Assembly (NCBI GenBank): GCA_049515535.1
Contig: JBEKTZ010000007.1
Location: forward strand, 186,001 to 212,148
DNA from: Candidatus Aminicenantales bacterium
GTDB taxonomy: Bacteria; Acidobacteriota; Aminicenantia; Aminicenantales; UBA4085
Reading direction: 5' to 3'
DNA: 26,148 bases
This document shows positions 17,285 through 25,770 of the stretch, one piece after another. Positions within the stretch are counted from its first letter, which is position 1. Each line of letters begins with the position of its first letter. The position numbers and the translations under genes were made by a program. The notes beneath the pieces are model-generated. The model was not told the origin of the DNA, did no database searches, and saw nothing but the letters and a program-made list of their open reading frames with translations.

Positions 17285-18451
17285 ATGCTCAAACGGGAAA
17301 CCATGACCTCGCGCGAGCGGGTCTTGGCAGCTCTCAATCACGAAATACCGGACCGCGTGCCGATCGATTTCGGCGGCAACCAGACCGGCATCCACAAGAA
17401 CGCTTACCGGAATCTGGCCCGCCATCTCGGTTTCGACGAGGAGATCCGGATCATGGATGACGTCCAGCAGTTGGCCAGGCCGAGCGAGCGGGTGCTGGAG
17501 CGCTTTCATGTCGATACGCGCTATGTCGGGGCGGGTCCGGCTTCGACCTGGAAAGGCGGCATCGTCCAGGCCGAGCGCGGCGGGAGGATCTGGCACGACC
17601 TTACGGACGAGTTCGGCGTCCGCTGGTCGATGCCCGACGATCAGCCGCTCTACATGGACATCACACTGAATCCCCTGGCCGACGCCGCCATCAAGGACGT
17701 CCGCGATTACGCCTGGCCGAAGGGCGACGATCCCGGGCGTTTCGCCGGCCTCCGCGACCGGGCCCTGCACATCCTGAACGATACGTCCTACGCCGTGGTC
17801 AGCGGCATCTCCGGCGTGATTTATGAATTTGGCTGGTACCTGCGCGGGCTCGAGCGATGGTTTTGCGATCTTCTGACCGATCCGGAATTCTGCGAAGCCG
17901 TGCTGGACCGAATGCTCAAATACTGGCTGGATTGGTTTCGCCTGTTCCTCGACGAGGTCGGCGACATCGTCGATGTGATCATGATCGGCGACGACCTCGC
18001 GGGCCAGGACGGGCCCCTCTTTCATCCCGAGATCTACCGCCGCTTAGTCAAACCGCGCCACAAACGGCTCGTCCGGTACATCCGCTCCCGCACCCGGGCG
18101 AAGATCTGGTATCACACCTGCGGCTCCTGCCTCGCCTACATCCCGGATCTCGTCGACAACGGCATCCATATCCTCAATCCCGTCCAGCTCGGGGCGAGGC
18201 AAATGGACCCCGCGGAATTGAAGCGCCGCTTCGGCCGCGACCTGGTCTTTTGGGGCGGCGGCTGCGACGCGCAGCACGTCCTGCCGCGCGGCGCGCCCGC
18301 CGACATTGCGGATAACGTCCGCCGGAACCTCGCCGCCTTCATGCCCGACGGCGGCTATGTTTTCGCCGGTATCCATAACATTCAAGGCGAAGTCCCGCCG
18401 GAAAATATCGTCGCGCTGTTCGATACCGCCTATGAACACGGATTCTATTAA
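17285..18451 (+). CDS. Uroporphyrinogen decarboxylase/MtaA-CmuA methyltransferase-family protein
   Basis: MTSRERV..ALNHEIPDRVPID (alternative start 17303), DEFG, GDDLAGQ, HTCG, ILNPVQ, LVFWGG, GGYVFAGIHNIQ. Confidence 0.88.
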   Translation: MLKRETMTSRERVLAALNHEIPDRVPIDFGGNQTGIHKNAYRNLARHLGFDEEIRIMDDVQQLARPSERVLERFHVDTRYVGAGPASTWKGGIVQAERGGRIWHDLTDEFGVRWSMPDDQPLYMDITLNPLADAAIKDVRDYAWPKGDDPGRFAGLRDRALHILNDTSYAVVSGISGVIYEFGWYLRGLERWFCDLLTDPEFCEAVLDRMLKYWLDWFRLFLDEVGDIVDVIMIGDDLAGQDGPLFHPEIYRRLVKPRHKRLVRYIRSRTRAKIWYHTCGSCLAYIPDLVDNGIHILNPVQLGARQMDPAELKRRFGRDLVFWGGGCDAQHVLPRGAPADIADNVRRNLAAFMPDGGYVFAGIHNIQGEVPPENIVALFDTAYEHGFY

Positions 18452-18457
18452 GAATAA

Positions 18458-18530
18458 GGAGACACAATACCTGTTTCCGTATTTAAATCCCTTTCGCGCT
18501 GTGAAATGGGGAAACAGGTATTGTGTCTCC
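18458..18530. repeat. REP/REPIN-like perfect 21-bp inverted repeat
   Basis: GGAGACACAATACCTGTTTCC (18458-18478) and GGAAACAGGTATTGTGTCTCC (18510-18530), 31-nt spacer, intergenic. Confidence 0.85.
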
Positions 18531-18544
18531 AAAGGACTTATAAG

Positions 18545-21271
18545 ATGAGAAGAAGCGGGTTGATGTTCGTCGCGGTTTTATTGATAGAAACATTCCTGTC
18601 CACGGCGGACGGGGCCCCGGGCTTTGCCCGGGGGGCCACTTCCGCCGCGAAGGCTCGTCCCTTGACGGCCGCAGACCCGGCTTCGCCCGAAGCCGGACAG
18701 CCTCACCTCAGGCCGACGCTCGCGCCCCTTCTCTGGACGCAGGGCCAGCCGGCCGAAACCATTCGCGCCGTCGTCCGCGAGATCGCCGAAAGCGGCAACA
18801 CGGGATTCGTCTGGGAATCCCGGCCGCATCCGGATTATCTCGGCCCGAAATGGTGGGCCGATTTGAAGGTCGCCGTCGATGAAGCCCGCCTCCGGGGCCT
18901 GGACGTCTGGATTTTCGACGAATGGATGTATCCGAGCGGCATCGCCGGAGGCAAGGTCATCGCCGAGAACCCGGAATTGACGCACCACGTCCTCCGCGAT
19001 CGCTCGCTCGTCGCGGACGGCCCCTCGCCCGAAAAAGAATGGGATATCCCCGGCGGCCTGGATAAATCCGAGACCGTCGTGTCCGTGACGGCCTTTACCG
19101 CGGATGCGAAGAAAGACTTCTCCTGCGCGGACCTATCCGTTCGGGCGGTCTCGCGAAATTCCGCGAAAATCAGATGGGCCGTTCCGGCCGGCCAATGGCG
19201 GATCTGCTGGGCGACGTCGTCGCCGGAATCGCCCAAAGAGGGCTGGCGCATGGACACGATGGTCGACGTCCTGAATCCGAAGACGGCCGAAACCTTCATC
19301 CGTCTCACCCACGAAGAAACCTACAAGCGTTTCGCCGCCGATTTCGGGAAAACGATCAAGGGTTTTTTCAGCGATGAGACGGGGTTCCGCAACATCACAT
19401 CCTACGAGAGCCTGCCGGGGAAGCCCGGCATGCCCATGCCCTGGTCGCCCGTGTTCCTCGACTATTTCCGCAAGGCCAAAGGCTATGATCCCCGGCCGTG
19501 GCTCGCCGCGCTGTGGTACGACCTGGCCGCGCGCGGACGGGAGGTTCGATTCGATCTCATGGACGCCTACGCGACGGCCTTCGCGGAGGCGTTCTTCAAG
19601 CCGCAGCAGGATTGGTGCCGCTGCCACGGCGTTCGTTTGATCGGCCATCTCGTGGAGGACAACGGAGCCGACTGCCAGCTCGGATACGGGCCCGGCCACT
19701 GGTTCCGGGCCATGCGCTATTTCGATATGCCCGGGATCGATATCGTCGGCTATCAGGTCACGCCCGGGCTCGACGCGGGCACGAACCGCTGGGTTCCCGA
19801 TTCCGGCCCGGACTGGGACCAGGAGTTCTTTCAATTCGGCCTGCCGGCGATGGCCCGCGGCGCGGCCTTGATCAAGGGCTCGCCGGAGATCTTCTCCGAA
19901 GCCTTCGGGGCCTACGGCTGGAGCGAAGGCCTGCGGATGGTGAAGTGGATCGGCGACTGGCATTTCGTCAACGGGATCGGCGTCATCTCGCCGCACGCGA
20001 CGACCATGAAATTTCATGATCCCGACTGCCCGCCCCATTTCAACCGGACGAGCGGCAATCCCCAATGGCGCTATTATGCGGCCTGGGCGGAGTATGCCAA
20101 GCGGGTCCAGGCCGTTCTCCTGGAAAGCGCCCCGATCTATGACGCGGCGGTGCTATATACCGCCGAATCCTATTGGATGGGTCCGGCCCAAGGCGTGGCG
20201 CCCGTGGTCCGGGCGCTCGAAAACCGCCAGATATCGACCGCCGTCTTGCCGTATGAGACCTGGGCCGGCGACGGCGCGATCGCGGACGGCCGGTGGGATT
20301 ATCAAGGGCAAGCGTTCCCGCTGATCGTCCTTCCCTCGGTTCGCGATATTCCGGCCAAGGCGATCTCCCGGCTTGCCGATTTCGCCGAGCGGGGAGGGCG
20401 GGTGATCGTCGTCGACCGCTGGCCGCAAAGGTCCGTAGACGGCCGCGCGGACGGCGACGTTCTTCATGCTGTCGAGCGGCTGAAACGGGCACCGGGAGCT
20501 TCTTTGTGCGCCCTCCCCGAGATTGGAGAAGTCGCGGCCGGGATCGCGGCTGTCGTCTTTCGCCCCGGGAATCAAAACCTAATGCTCTCGCGGCGAAAAG
20601 CGAAAGACGGGGAGTGGATCATCATCCACAACCGGTCGCTGGACGCGGCCGCCGTCGGCAGATTGGTTGTTCATGGGAGGCGCGGCGAGATCGCCCGCTT
20701 CGACGCGGAGCAGGGAACGTATTTCACCGTTCCTTTCGCGCCTGACAAGGATGGTCTCGAGGCGACGCTTAATATGCCGCCCGGAGCGCTGTGGTGTTTG
20801 CGACTGGGAGCGCGGGTTCCCGAGACCACGACTGCCGTCGATTTTCAATATCGGGAAGATTTCAAGACAGAATGGGATGTGACCGAACTCGATGATCGGG
20901 GATTGAAAGCCGGACCTGCCGTTCATGTGAAAAAGCTCGAGGACTGGAAGAGATGGAAGAACCGGTCCGACTTTTCGGGAACGCTGAGATACCGCGCCTC
21001 AATGGACCTGGCGGGGTCGAACGGCGCCCTCGCCCTGGACGCCGGCCGCGTCGGTGAAATTGCCGAGCTCTTCGTCGACGGCCGTTCGGCCGGCGTGCGG
21101 CTGGCTCCACCCTACGTCTGGGATATTACGGCGCTCGTCCGGCCCGGGAGGGCGACGATCGAGATCGACGTGACGAACACGGCCCGCTTGCGCTGGAGCG
21201 ATCCTTTTTCCCATGGGGAAACCGAAAGCGGTTTGCTGGGCCCGGTTTCACTCCGGAAAGCGACTCGCTAG
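18545..21271 (+). CDS. Secreted GH106 (alpha-L-rhamnosidase)-like glycoside hydrolase
   Basis: ATG 18545 follows AAAGGA; N-terminal hydrophobic segment. YLGPKWW, WIFDEWMYPSG, GFFSDE, LIGHLVED, DMPGID, SEAFGAYGW; C-terminal AELFVDG...PPY...SGLLGPV beta-sandwich. Confidence 0.75.
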   Translation: MRRSGLMFVAVLLIETFLSTADGAPGFARGATSAAKARPLTAADPASPEAGQPHLRPTLAPLLWTQGQPAETIRAVVREIAESGNTGFVWESRPHPDYLGPKWWADLKVAVDEARLRGLDVWIFDEWMYPSGIAGGKVIAENPELTHHVLRDRSLVADGPSPEKEWDIPGGLDKSETVVSVTAFTADAKKDFSCADLSVRAVSRNSAKIRWAVPAGQWRICWATSSPESPKEGWRMDTMVDVLNPKTAETFIRLTHEETYKRFAADFGKTIKGFFSDETGFRNITSYESLPGKPGMPMPWSPVFLDYFRKAKGYDPRPWLAALWYDLAARGREVRFDLMDAYATAFAEAFFKPQQDWCRCHGVRLIGHLVEDNGADCQLGYGPGHWFRAMRYFDMPGIDIVGYQVTPGLDAGTNRWVPDSGPDWDQEFFQFGLPAMARGAALIKGSPEIFSEAFGAYGWSEGLRMVKWIGDWHFVNGIGVISPHATTMKFHDPDCPPHFNRTSGNPQWRYYAAWAEYAKRVQAVLLESAPIYDAAVLYTAESYWMGPAQGVAPVVRALENRQISTAVLPYETWAGDGAIADGRWDYQGQAFPLIVLPSVRDIPAKAISRLADFAERGGRVIVVDRWPQRSVDGRADGDVLHAVERLKRAPGASLCALPEIGEVAAGIAAVVFRPGNQNLMLSRRKAKDGEWIIIHNRSLDAAAVGRLVVHGRRGEIARFDAEQGTYFTVPFAPDKDGLEATLNMPPGALWCLRLGARVPETTTAVDFQYREDFKTEWDVTELDDRGLKAGPAVHVKKLEDWKRWKNRSDFSGTLRYRASMDLAGSNGALALDAGRVGEIAELFVDGRSAGVRLAPPYVWDITALVRPGRATIEIDVTNTARLRWSDPFSHGETESGLLGPVSLRKATR
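18602..18665 (+). repeat. Intragenic hairpin repeat, 64-bp copy A
   Basis: ACGGCGGACGGGGCCCCGGGCTTTGCCCGGGGGGCCACTTCCGCCGCGAAGGCTCGTCCCTTGA; 62/64 identical to 24523-24586. Confidence 0.93.
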
Positions 21272-21329
21272 GAGGCGATGCGGCCCGATCTTTCGTCTTG
21301 GAACTTCCCCGCCGCGCCTGTCCCTTTTT

Positions 21330-22976
21330 CTAATCGATGGCCTGAACGTGCGGTGGACCTTGTCTCCCCGCATTCGTCAGCAGCGTCGCCAGCAAATGCG
21401 CATCCGTGATTCTCGTCAGGCGATATATGGTCGCCCTCGTTTTGTTTTCCGCCAGATCGGGATTGATGAACTTCCAGACGATCTTTCCTTCCTTTGTGAT
21501 TTCAAAAACCCGCCCTTCGCTCGTCTCCGTGATCAAGGTATTCCCGTTCTGGAATCGTTGGGCGGCCCCTCCCCAGCTCGAATAGAACGATCCCGGCTTC
21601 GAGGAATGGTATTCCCAGACGATGTCCTTTCTCAGAGGATCGATCTCAAGGATCCGGGAATATTCCCTCCCCGTGCCGTTGTCAAAAACGAGGATATGTC
21701 CGTTTTTCAATAACGTCGGGTCGTGCTGTCCCTCCAGGATGCCGGGGCCCCAGGCCCATCGGACCTCTTCCTTGTCGATGTCGACGATGGCGATCAGGTC
21801 CAAATTATTCGCGGAAATCAGGAGGTTCCCCTTTTGGCACACACCTTCGATATCCTGGTCTATGACCGTGATCGTATTCGCATGGAATATGTCGAAAGGC
21901 GTCATGCGTTTCAGGAGGGGACGATGCGTCAGTTTTTGTTTCAAGGCCCGCCATAGCCAATCCCGGGGATTGATGATTTGAGCGTATATTTTCGCGACGG
22001 ACCGGAGCGAAATATGGTCTTTCAACAGAGGATACAAGGAAATCGTCTTCTTGATCGTTCCGTCGCCGGACATGACGACGATATCGTCGTTAATGATGGG
22101 GACCGGAAGAGAGAATGAGGTCACGACCTCTTCGGAGCTCACCAGCGTATAGATGTCCTTGTTTTCGGCGATGGCGATCTCGTGGTGCGCTCGCATTTTC
22201 CGTTGCCAGAGGATATGGGAATCCCAATCCAGTCTCATGAGCATGGCGTCCTCGACGCAGACGAGCAGGTCGCCGTTGTCGCAGGCCACGACATAGTGCC
22301 AGTCTTGAGGCGAATCTTTGGGACGCCAGACATGAAGGATGTTCCCCGACATGTCCAGCAGATACGCTCCCGCCTTATAATAGGAATTGTAGAGATTGAG
22401 GCCCGGCGCGCATAAATTCCGGCGATACGTGACAACGCCTTCCGTGATTTGATTCTCTTCATCGTCGACATGAGAAAGATACGGCAGGGATTGGATGACC
22501 TCGGATTGCAAGGGCTGATCGGAGGGCGGGGGCGACGGCGCTGACTCAGGAGAGGACACGGTCATTATCAATGACAGCGCAATGACCAGCCCCGTCGAAG
22601 AAAGCGTGAATAATCTCCGGCCTAGGGGCGTTTTCAATAGGCTCCTTCCGATGAAAACTACGAGGAAAAGGATTCCGAGGGCGATCGCTATTTCCGTTTC
22701 TTTCAAGACATAAGCGGTGATGAGAAGCGTCCATAAGGACAAAGTGACGCGGTCATGTCGGACCGCTTTGAAAAGGACGATGATCATGACCAGAAAGGCT
22801 AACTGAAAATAGATGATGAAAAAGAAAGCGTCGGCGACGCGGCCGATGAGACCTCCCGCACAGAATAAGACAATGAAGGCGATCAGAGAATCCTTCAACC
22901 CCTTTTTTCTCAGTGCGTCGCCGGCCACGGCCTTTTGTCGAAAATCCTTCTGTCTGTTGAACATTCCTCCGCTCAT
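21330..22976 (-). CDS. Membrane-anchored arylsulfotransferase (ASST)-family protein
   Basis: N-terminal TM bundle, then a beta-propeller with AHHEI, IFHANTI, GQHDP, VFDNG, NGNTLITE, VFEITKEGKIVW, IYR. Start uncertain (22976 or 22964). Confidence 0.82.
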   Translation of the reverse strand: MSGGMFNRQKDFRQKAVAGDALRKKGLKDSLIAFIVLFCAGGLIGRVADAFFFIIYFQLAFLVMIIVLFKAVRHDRVTLSLWTLLITAYVLKETEIAIALGILFLVVFIGRSLLKTPLGRRLFTLSSTGLVIALSLIMTVSSPESAPSPPPSDQPLQSEVIQSLPYLSHVDDEENQITEGVVTYRRNLCAPGLNLYNSYYKAGAYLLDMSGNILHVWRPKDSPQDWHYVVACDNGDLLVCVEDAMLMRLDWDSHILWQRKMRAHHEIAIAENKDIYTLVSSEEVVTSFSLPVPIINDDIVVMSGDGTIKKTISLYPLLKDHISLRSVAKIYAQIINPRDWLWRALKQKLTHRPLLKRMTPFDIFHANTITVIDQDIEGVCQKGNLLISANNLDLIAIVDIDKEEVRWAWGPGILEGQHDPTLLKNGHILVFDNGTGREYSRILEIDPLRKDIVWEYHSSKPGSFYSSWGGAAQRFQNGNTLITETSEGRVFEITKEGKIVWKFINPDLAENKTRATIYRLTRITDAHLLATLLTNAGRQGPPHVQAID

Positions 22977-23111
22977 TATCGGTCTTCAGCCGCGTCCTGA
23001 CCCGGGCGAGGTGGAAAACCGCTTCCTTCAAGCTCGTTGCGAACCCACCCTCATGAATTTAGACAAGAAAATAGATGATTGCTTGGATCATTCGGCCCGG
23101 ATATTAAAACT

Positions 23112-23861
23112 TCAGTGGGGATGAGAGTGTTTCAAGATATGCGGTTTTTCGAGTCCGTGGGCGAGCATGAGTTCTTCATCCGAGAGAATTTTCAAGGTTG
23201 GTCCGTCGGCCACGATCTTGCCCTCATCTATGACCACAGTTCTCTCGCACAACTCCGCGACAAGCTCCAAGTCATGGGTCGCGATAATCTTGGTCGATGG
23301 GACGGATCGAAGCCAGGTTTTGAGTTGCCGTTTTCCTCTTGGGTCGAGACCCCGCGTCGGCTCGTCGAGGGCGAGAATTTTCGGCCGACAGGCCAAAATC
23401 CCGGCTAAACAAACATGCTGCTTCTCCCCGCTGCTGAGATGATGGGGCGATCTCTTTTCAAAATCCCGGAGGCCGACTTCCATCAAAACCTGCCGAACGA
23501 GATCTTTAACGTCTTTTTCCGATACCCCGAATTGCAGGGGGCCGAATGCGACATCTTCATACACCGTCGGGCAGAAGATCTGGTCATCGGGATCTTGAAA
23601 CAACAATCCGACATCGCGCCGAATGCGCGGTCCGTTCGATTTGGTGACCGGGAGCCCATGGATGAACACCGAGGGGCGGCCCTTGAAGCCTTCCGGCAAG
23701 AGGCCGTTCAAGTGCAAGAGGAGGGTCGATTTGCCGGCGCCGTTGGGCCCGATCAATCCCACGTTTTCTCCTTCTTCAATCGTCAGGGATATGCCCTGAA
23801 GCGCCCGATGGTCATCCGCGTATTGGAAATGGAGATCTATGATCTCAACGGCTGTCGTCAT
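23112..23861 (-). CDS. cbiO: ECF Ni/Co transporter ATPase (CbiO/NikO)
   Basis: GPNGAGKS, FQDPDDQ, LSSGEK, LDEP, THD; ATG 23861 overlaps the cbiQ TGA (ATGA). Confidence 0.92.
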   Translation of the reverse strand: MTTAVEIIDLHFQYADDHRALQGISLTIEEGENVGLIGPNGAGKSTLLLHLNGLLPEGFKGRPSVFIHGLPVTKSNGPRIRRDVGLLFQDPDDQIFCPTVYEDVAFGPLQFGVSEKDVKDLVRQVLMEVGLRDFEKRSPHHLSSGEKQHVCLAGILACRPKILALDEPTRGLDPRGKRQLKTWLRSVPSTKIIATHDLELVAELCERTVVIDEGKIVADGPTLKILSDEELMLAHGLEKPHILKHSHPH

Positions 23862-24478
23862 GACTTCCATCCTCTCGCGGACATCGCCGCGAATATCCGT
23901 TCCGCGCGCTCCGTGGAGCGCAGGAACAATTGACCTATCATCATCGAAAGAGAACGCCAGGAGCGCGCGTTCTCTTTCTTATTTTTGAACGTCCGGCTCA
24001 GCCGCGCCCGTTTCATCCGTTGCATCTCATCGACAAGGACGAAGACGTATCGGTACATCAGGGCCATCATGGTCAGAAACACCGGCGGCGTATGAAGACG
24101 CCGGAAGACGCCCAGCAATTCCGTGAAAGGCGTCGTATTCGATAAAACGATGATGGTCACGAGACTTAAGGTGCTTTTCACGACAATCGTGGAGAATTTC
24201 AAAAAGCCGCCCGGCTGCAAGAGCGCCAGCACGGCGACAGCGACGATAAAAGGCTCGAAGATGAGGATCCGGCGAACCATGAAACTCAAGGGGATACGGC
24301 TCAGCGCGATGGCGCCGAGAAGGACGACAGCCGTGAACAGAAAAGGATATAGGGCTGTGATCGGAGGAAGGACGATGATGAAAATCGCGCCAAGCGCGAG
24401 CCCCATTTTCAAGGCCGCCGGAAGGCGATGGATCGGGCTGTCGATTCGGCTGTATCGGTCCAAAAAGTCATGGCGCAT
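23858..24478 (-). CDS. cbiQ: ECF Ni/Co transporter T component (CbiQ/NikQ)
   Basis: SPIHRLPA..K, TTPF, MYRY, MKRARLSR, RAERIFAAMSARG. Confidence 0.92.
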   Translation of the reverse strand: MRHDFLDRYSRIDSPIHRLPAALKMGLALGAIFIIVLPPITALYPFLFTAVVLLGAIALSRIPLSFMVRRILIFEPFIVAVAVLALLQPGGFLKFSTIVVKSTLSLVTIIVLSNTTPFTELLGVFRRLHTPPVFLTMMALMYRYVFVLVDEMQRMKRARLSRTFKNKKENARSWRSLSMMIGQLFLRSTERAERIFAAMSARGWKS

Positions 24479-24502
24479 GGTCTTCTCGATTCGAAAAAGC
24501 GA

Positions 24503-25525
24503 TTAAGAAAAATGATCTTTCGACGGCGGACGGGGCTCCGGGCTTTGCCCGGGGGTCCACTTCCGCCGCGAAGGCTCGTCCCTTGATTTCCGAAAAAGGA
24601 TCTTGGCCAGGACCAGGGAAACCACAAAGATGAGAATGGCGCCGATGACTCCGGCCAGGGCCGTGGCCAAGGGGAGAGAGCCGATGCCCGGAACACGATA
24701 TTCCGGAATCGGAGAGGGAACCATGGGCCGGGCCAGGGCTTTTGTGTCGAACCCGAGCGTCGCGGCGACCTTCTCCAATCCGTCGGGCCAGCGGGAGGCA
24801 AAGGGCAGGACGAACAGGACTAATCCCAGCAGCATTAAAGAACCGTAGATCAACACCCCCGTCAACGGCCGAGCCTCGCGCTTGTCGCCGGACATGTCTT
24901 TGAAAGGCCGGAGATCGGGGCGCGCTTTATAGATCGAGGCCAGAACAAACGTCGTGATGAGCGCTTCGCCGATGCCGATCAACATGTGAATTCCCGTCAT
25001 GGCCGGGAAGCCGATAGACCAGCGGGCCGTCCCGGACCAGGCCAATTCCCCGACGCAACATACGGAGGCCAGCACCGTCGAGGTCCAGGCGGCGAACGCC
25101 ACGGCCGCGTATTTTCCATAATCCGCTTTTATCCACCCGGAGATTAGGCGATACAGAGAATATCCTGCCACGGGCGCGATAATGCCCATATTGAAGATAT
25201 TGGCGCCCAGAGCGAGGACACCGCCGTCCGCGAACAGGAAGCATTGCACGATCAAAACCACGGACATCACCAGGATTCCCTCGCTCGGACCGAGCAGAAC
25301 CGCGACGAGAACCGCGCCCAGGAGATGCCCCGAAGTCCCGGCGATGACGGGGAAATTGATCATCTGGGCGACGAAGATAAAGGCGGCCGCCAGCCCCATC
25401 AAAGGCACTTTCCTGGGGGACATTTGAGTCTTGAGAACTTTCAGGGCCCGCCCTATTCCTATAAGGGAAAATAGGGATGTCGCAACGATCGTTTTCGTGT
25501 CCAGGAAACCGTCCGGTATGTGCAT
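24503..25525 (-). CDS. cbiM: ECF Ni/Co transporter S component fused to a PDGLE domain (CbiM/NikMN-type)
   Basis: N-terminal MHIPDGFL, GTSGH, FADGGVLALGAN, HMLIGIGEA, C-terminal ASRWPDGLE. Confidence 0.92.
   Translation of the reverse strand: MHIPDGFLDTKTIVATSLFSLIGIGRALKVLKTQMSPRKVPLMGLAAAFIFVAQMINFPVIAGTSGHLLGAVLVAVLLGPSEGILVMSVVLIVQCFLFADGGVLALGANIFNMGIIAPVAGYSLYRLISGWIKADYGKYAAVAFAAWTSTVLASVCCVGELAWSGTARWSIGFPAMTGIHMLIGIGEALITTFVLASIYKARPDLRPFKDMSGDKREARPLTGVLIYGSLMLLGLVLFVLPFASRWPDGLEKVAATLGFDTKALARPMVPSPIPEYRVPGIGSLPLATALAGVIGAILIFVVSLVLAKILFRKSRDEPSRRKWTPGQSPEPRPPSKDHFS
24523..24586 (+). repeat. Intragenic hairpin repeat, 64-bp copy B
   Basis: ACGGCGGACGGGGCTCCGGGCTTTGCCCGGGGGTCCACTTCCGCCGCGAAGGCTCGTCCCTTGA; 62/64 identical to 18602-18665. 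Confidence 0.93.
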
Positions 25526-25562
25526 GAGACTATTTTATGGCGAGCATTATCGCGAACATCGC

Positions 25563-25591
25563 ATTATAAGAGATAACTTGTTCATATTCAA
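25563..25591 (-). promoter_or_regulatory. Sigma70 promoter of the ECF operon
   Basis: Minus strand TTGAAT-17 nt-TATAAT, ending 37 nt upstream of the cbiM ATG. Confidence 0.65.
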
Positions 25592-25730
25592 GGCGATGAA
25601 TGTCGATCCTCGCCCGCAGGTCGGGTGACGAATATGCTGACCGGGCCGAGGTTCTAAAGAATGCGAACAGTCAGCAGCATTATAGGGATTGATTTTTTTA
25701 GGAGAAATGGAAAAACAGATAACGGAGAAA

Positions 25731-25770
25731 TGGGCGATACAGGATTTGAACCTGTGACTTCTACCGTGTG
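25731..25770 (-). mobile_element. 3'-half tRNA-Val fragment, probably the att site (displaced tRNA end) of an integrated element
   Basis: Minus strand CACACGGTAGAAGTCACAGGTTCAAATCCTGTATCGCCCA gives the anticodon loop 3' part, T-arm (ACAGG-TTCAAAT-CCTGT) and acceptor 3' strand. No 5' half or D-arm is seen upstream within the window. Confidence 0.8.

Noticed and set aside
17285..18451. Annotation as true hemE
   Set aside because: Lacks the HemE RQAGR motif, has HxC, and sits in a sugar-utilisation context.
25526..25730. Cobalamin riboswitch upstream of cbiM
   Set aside because: No B12-box-like motifs seen, and a strong promoter lies too close to the start codon.
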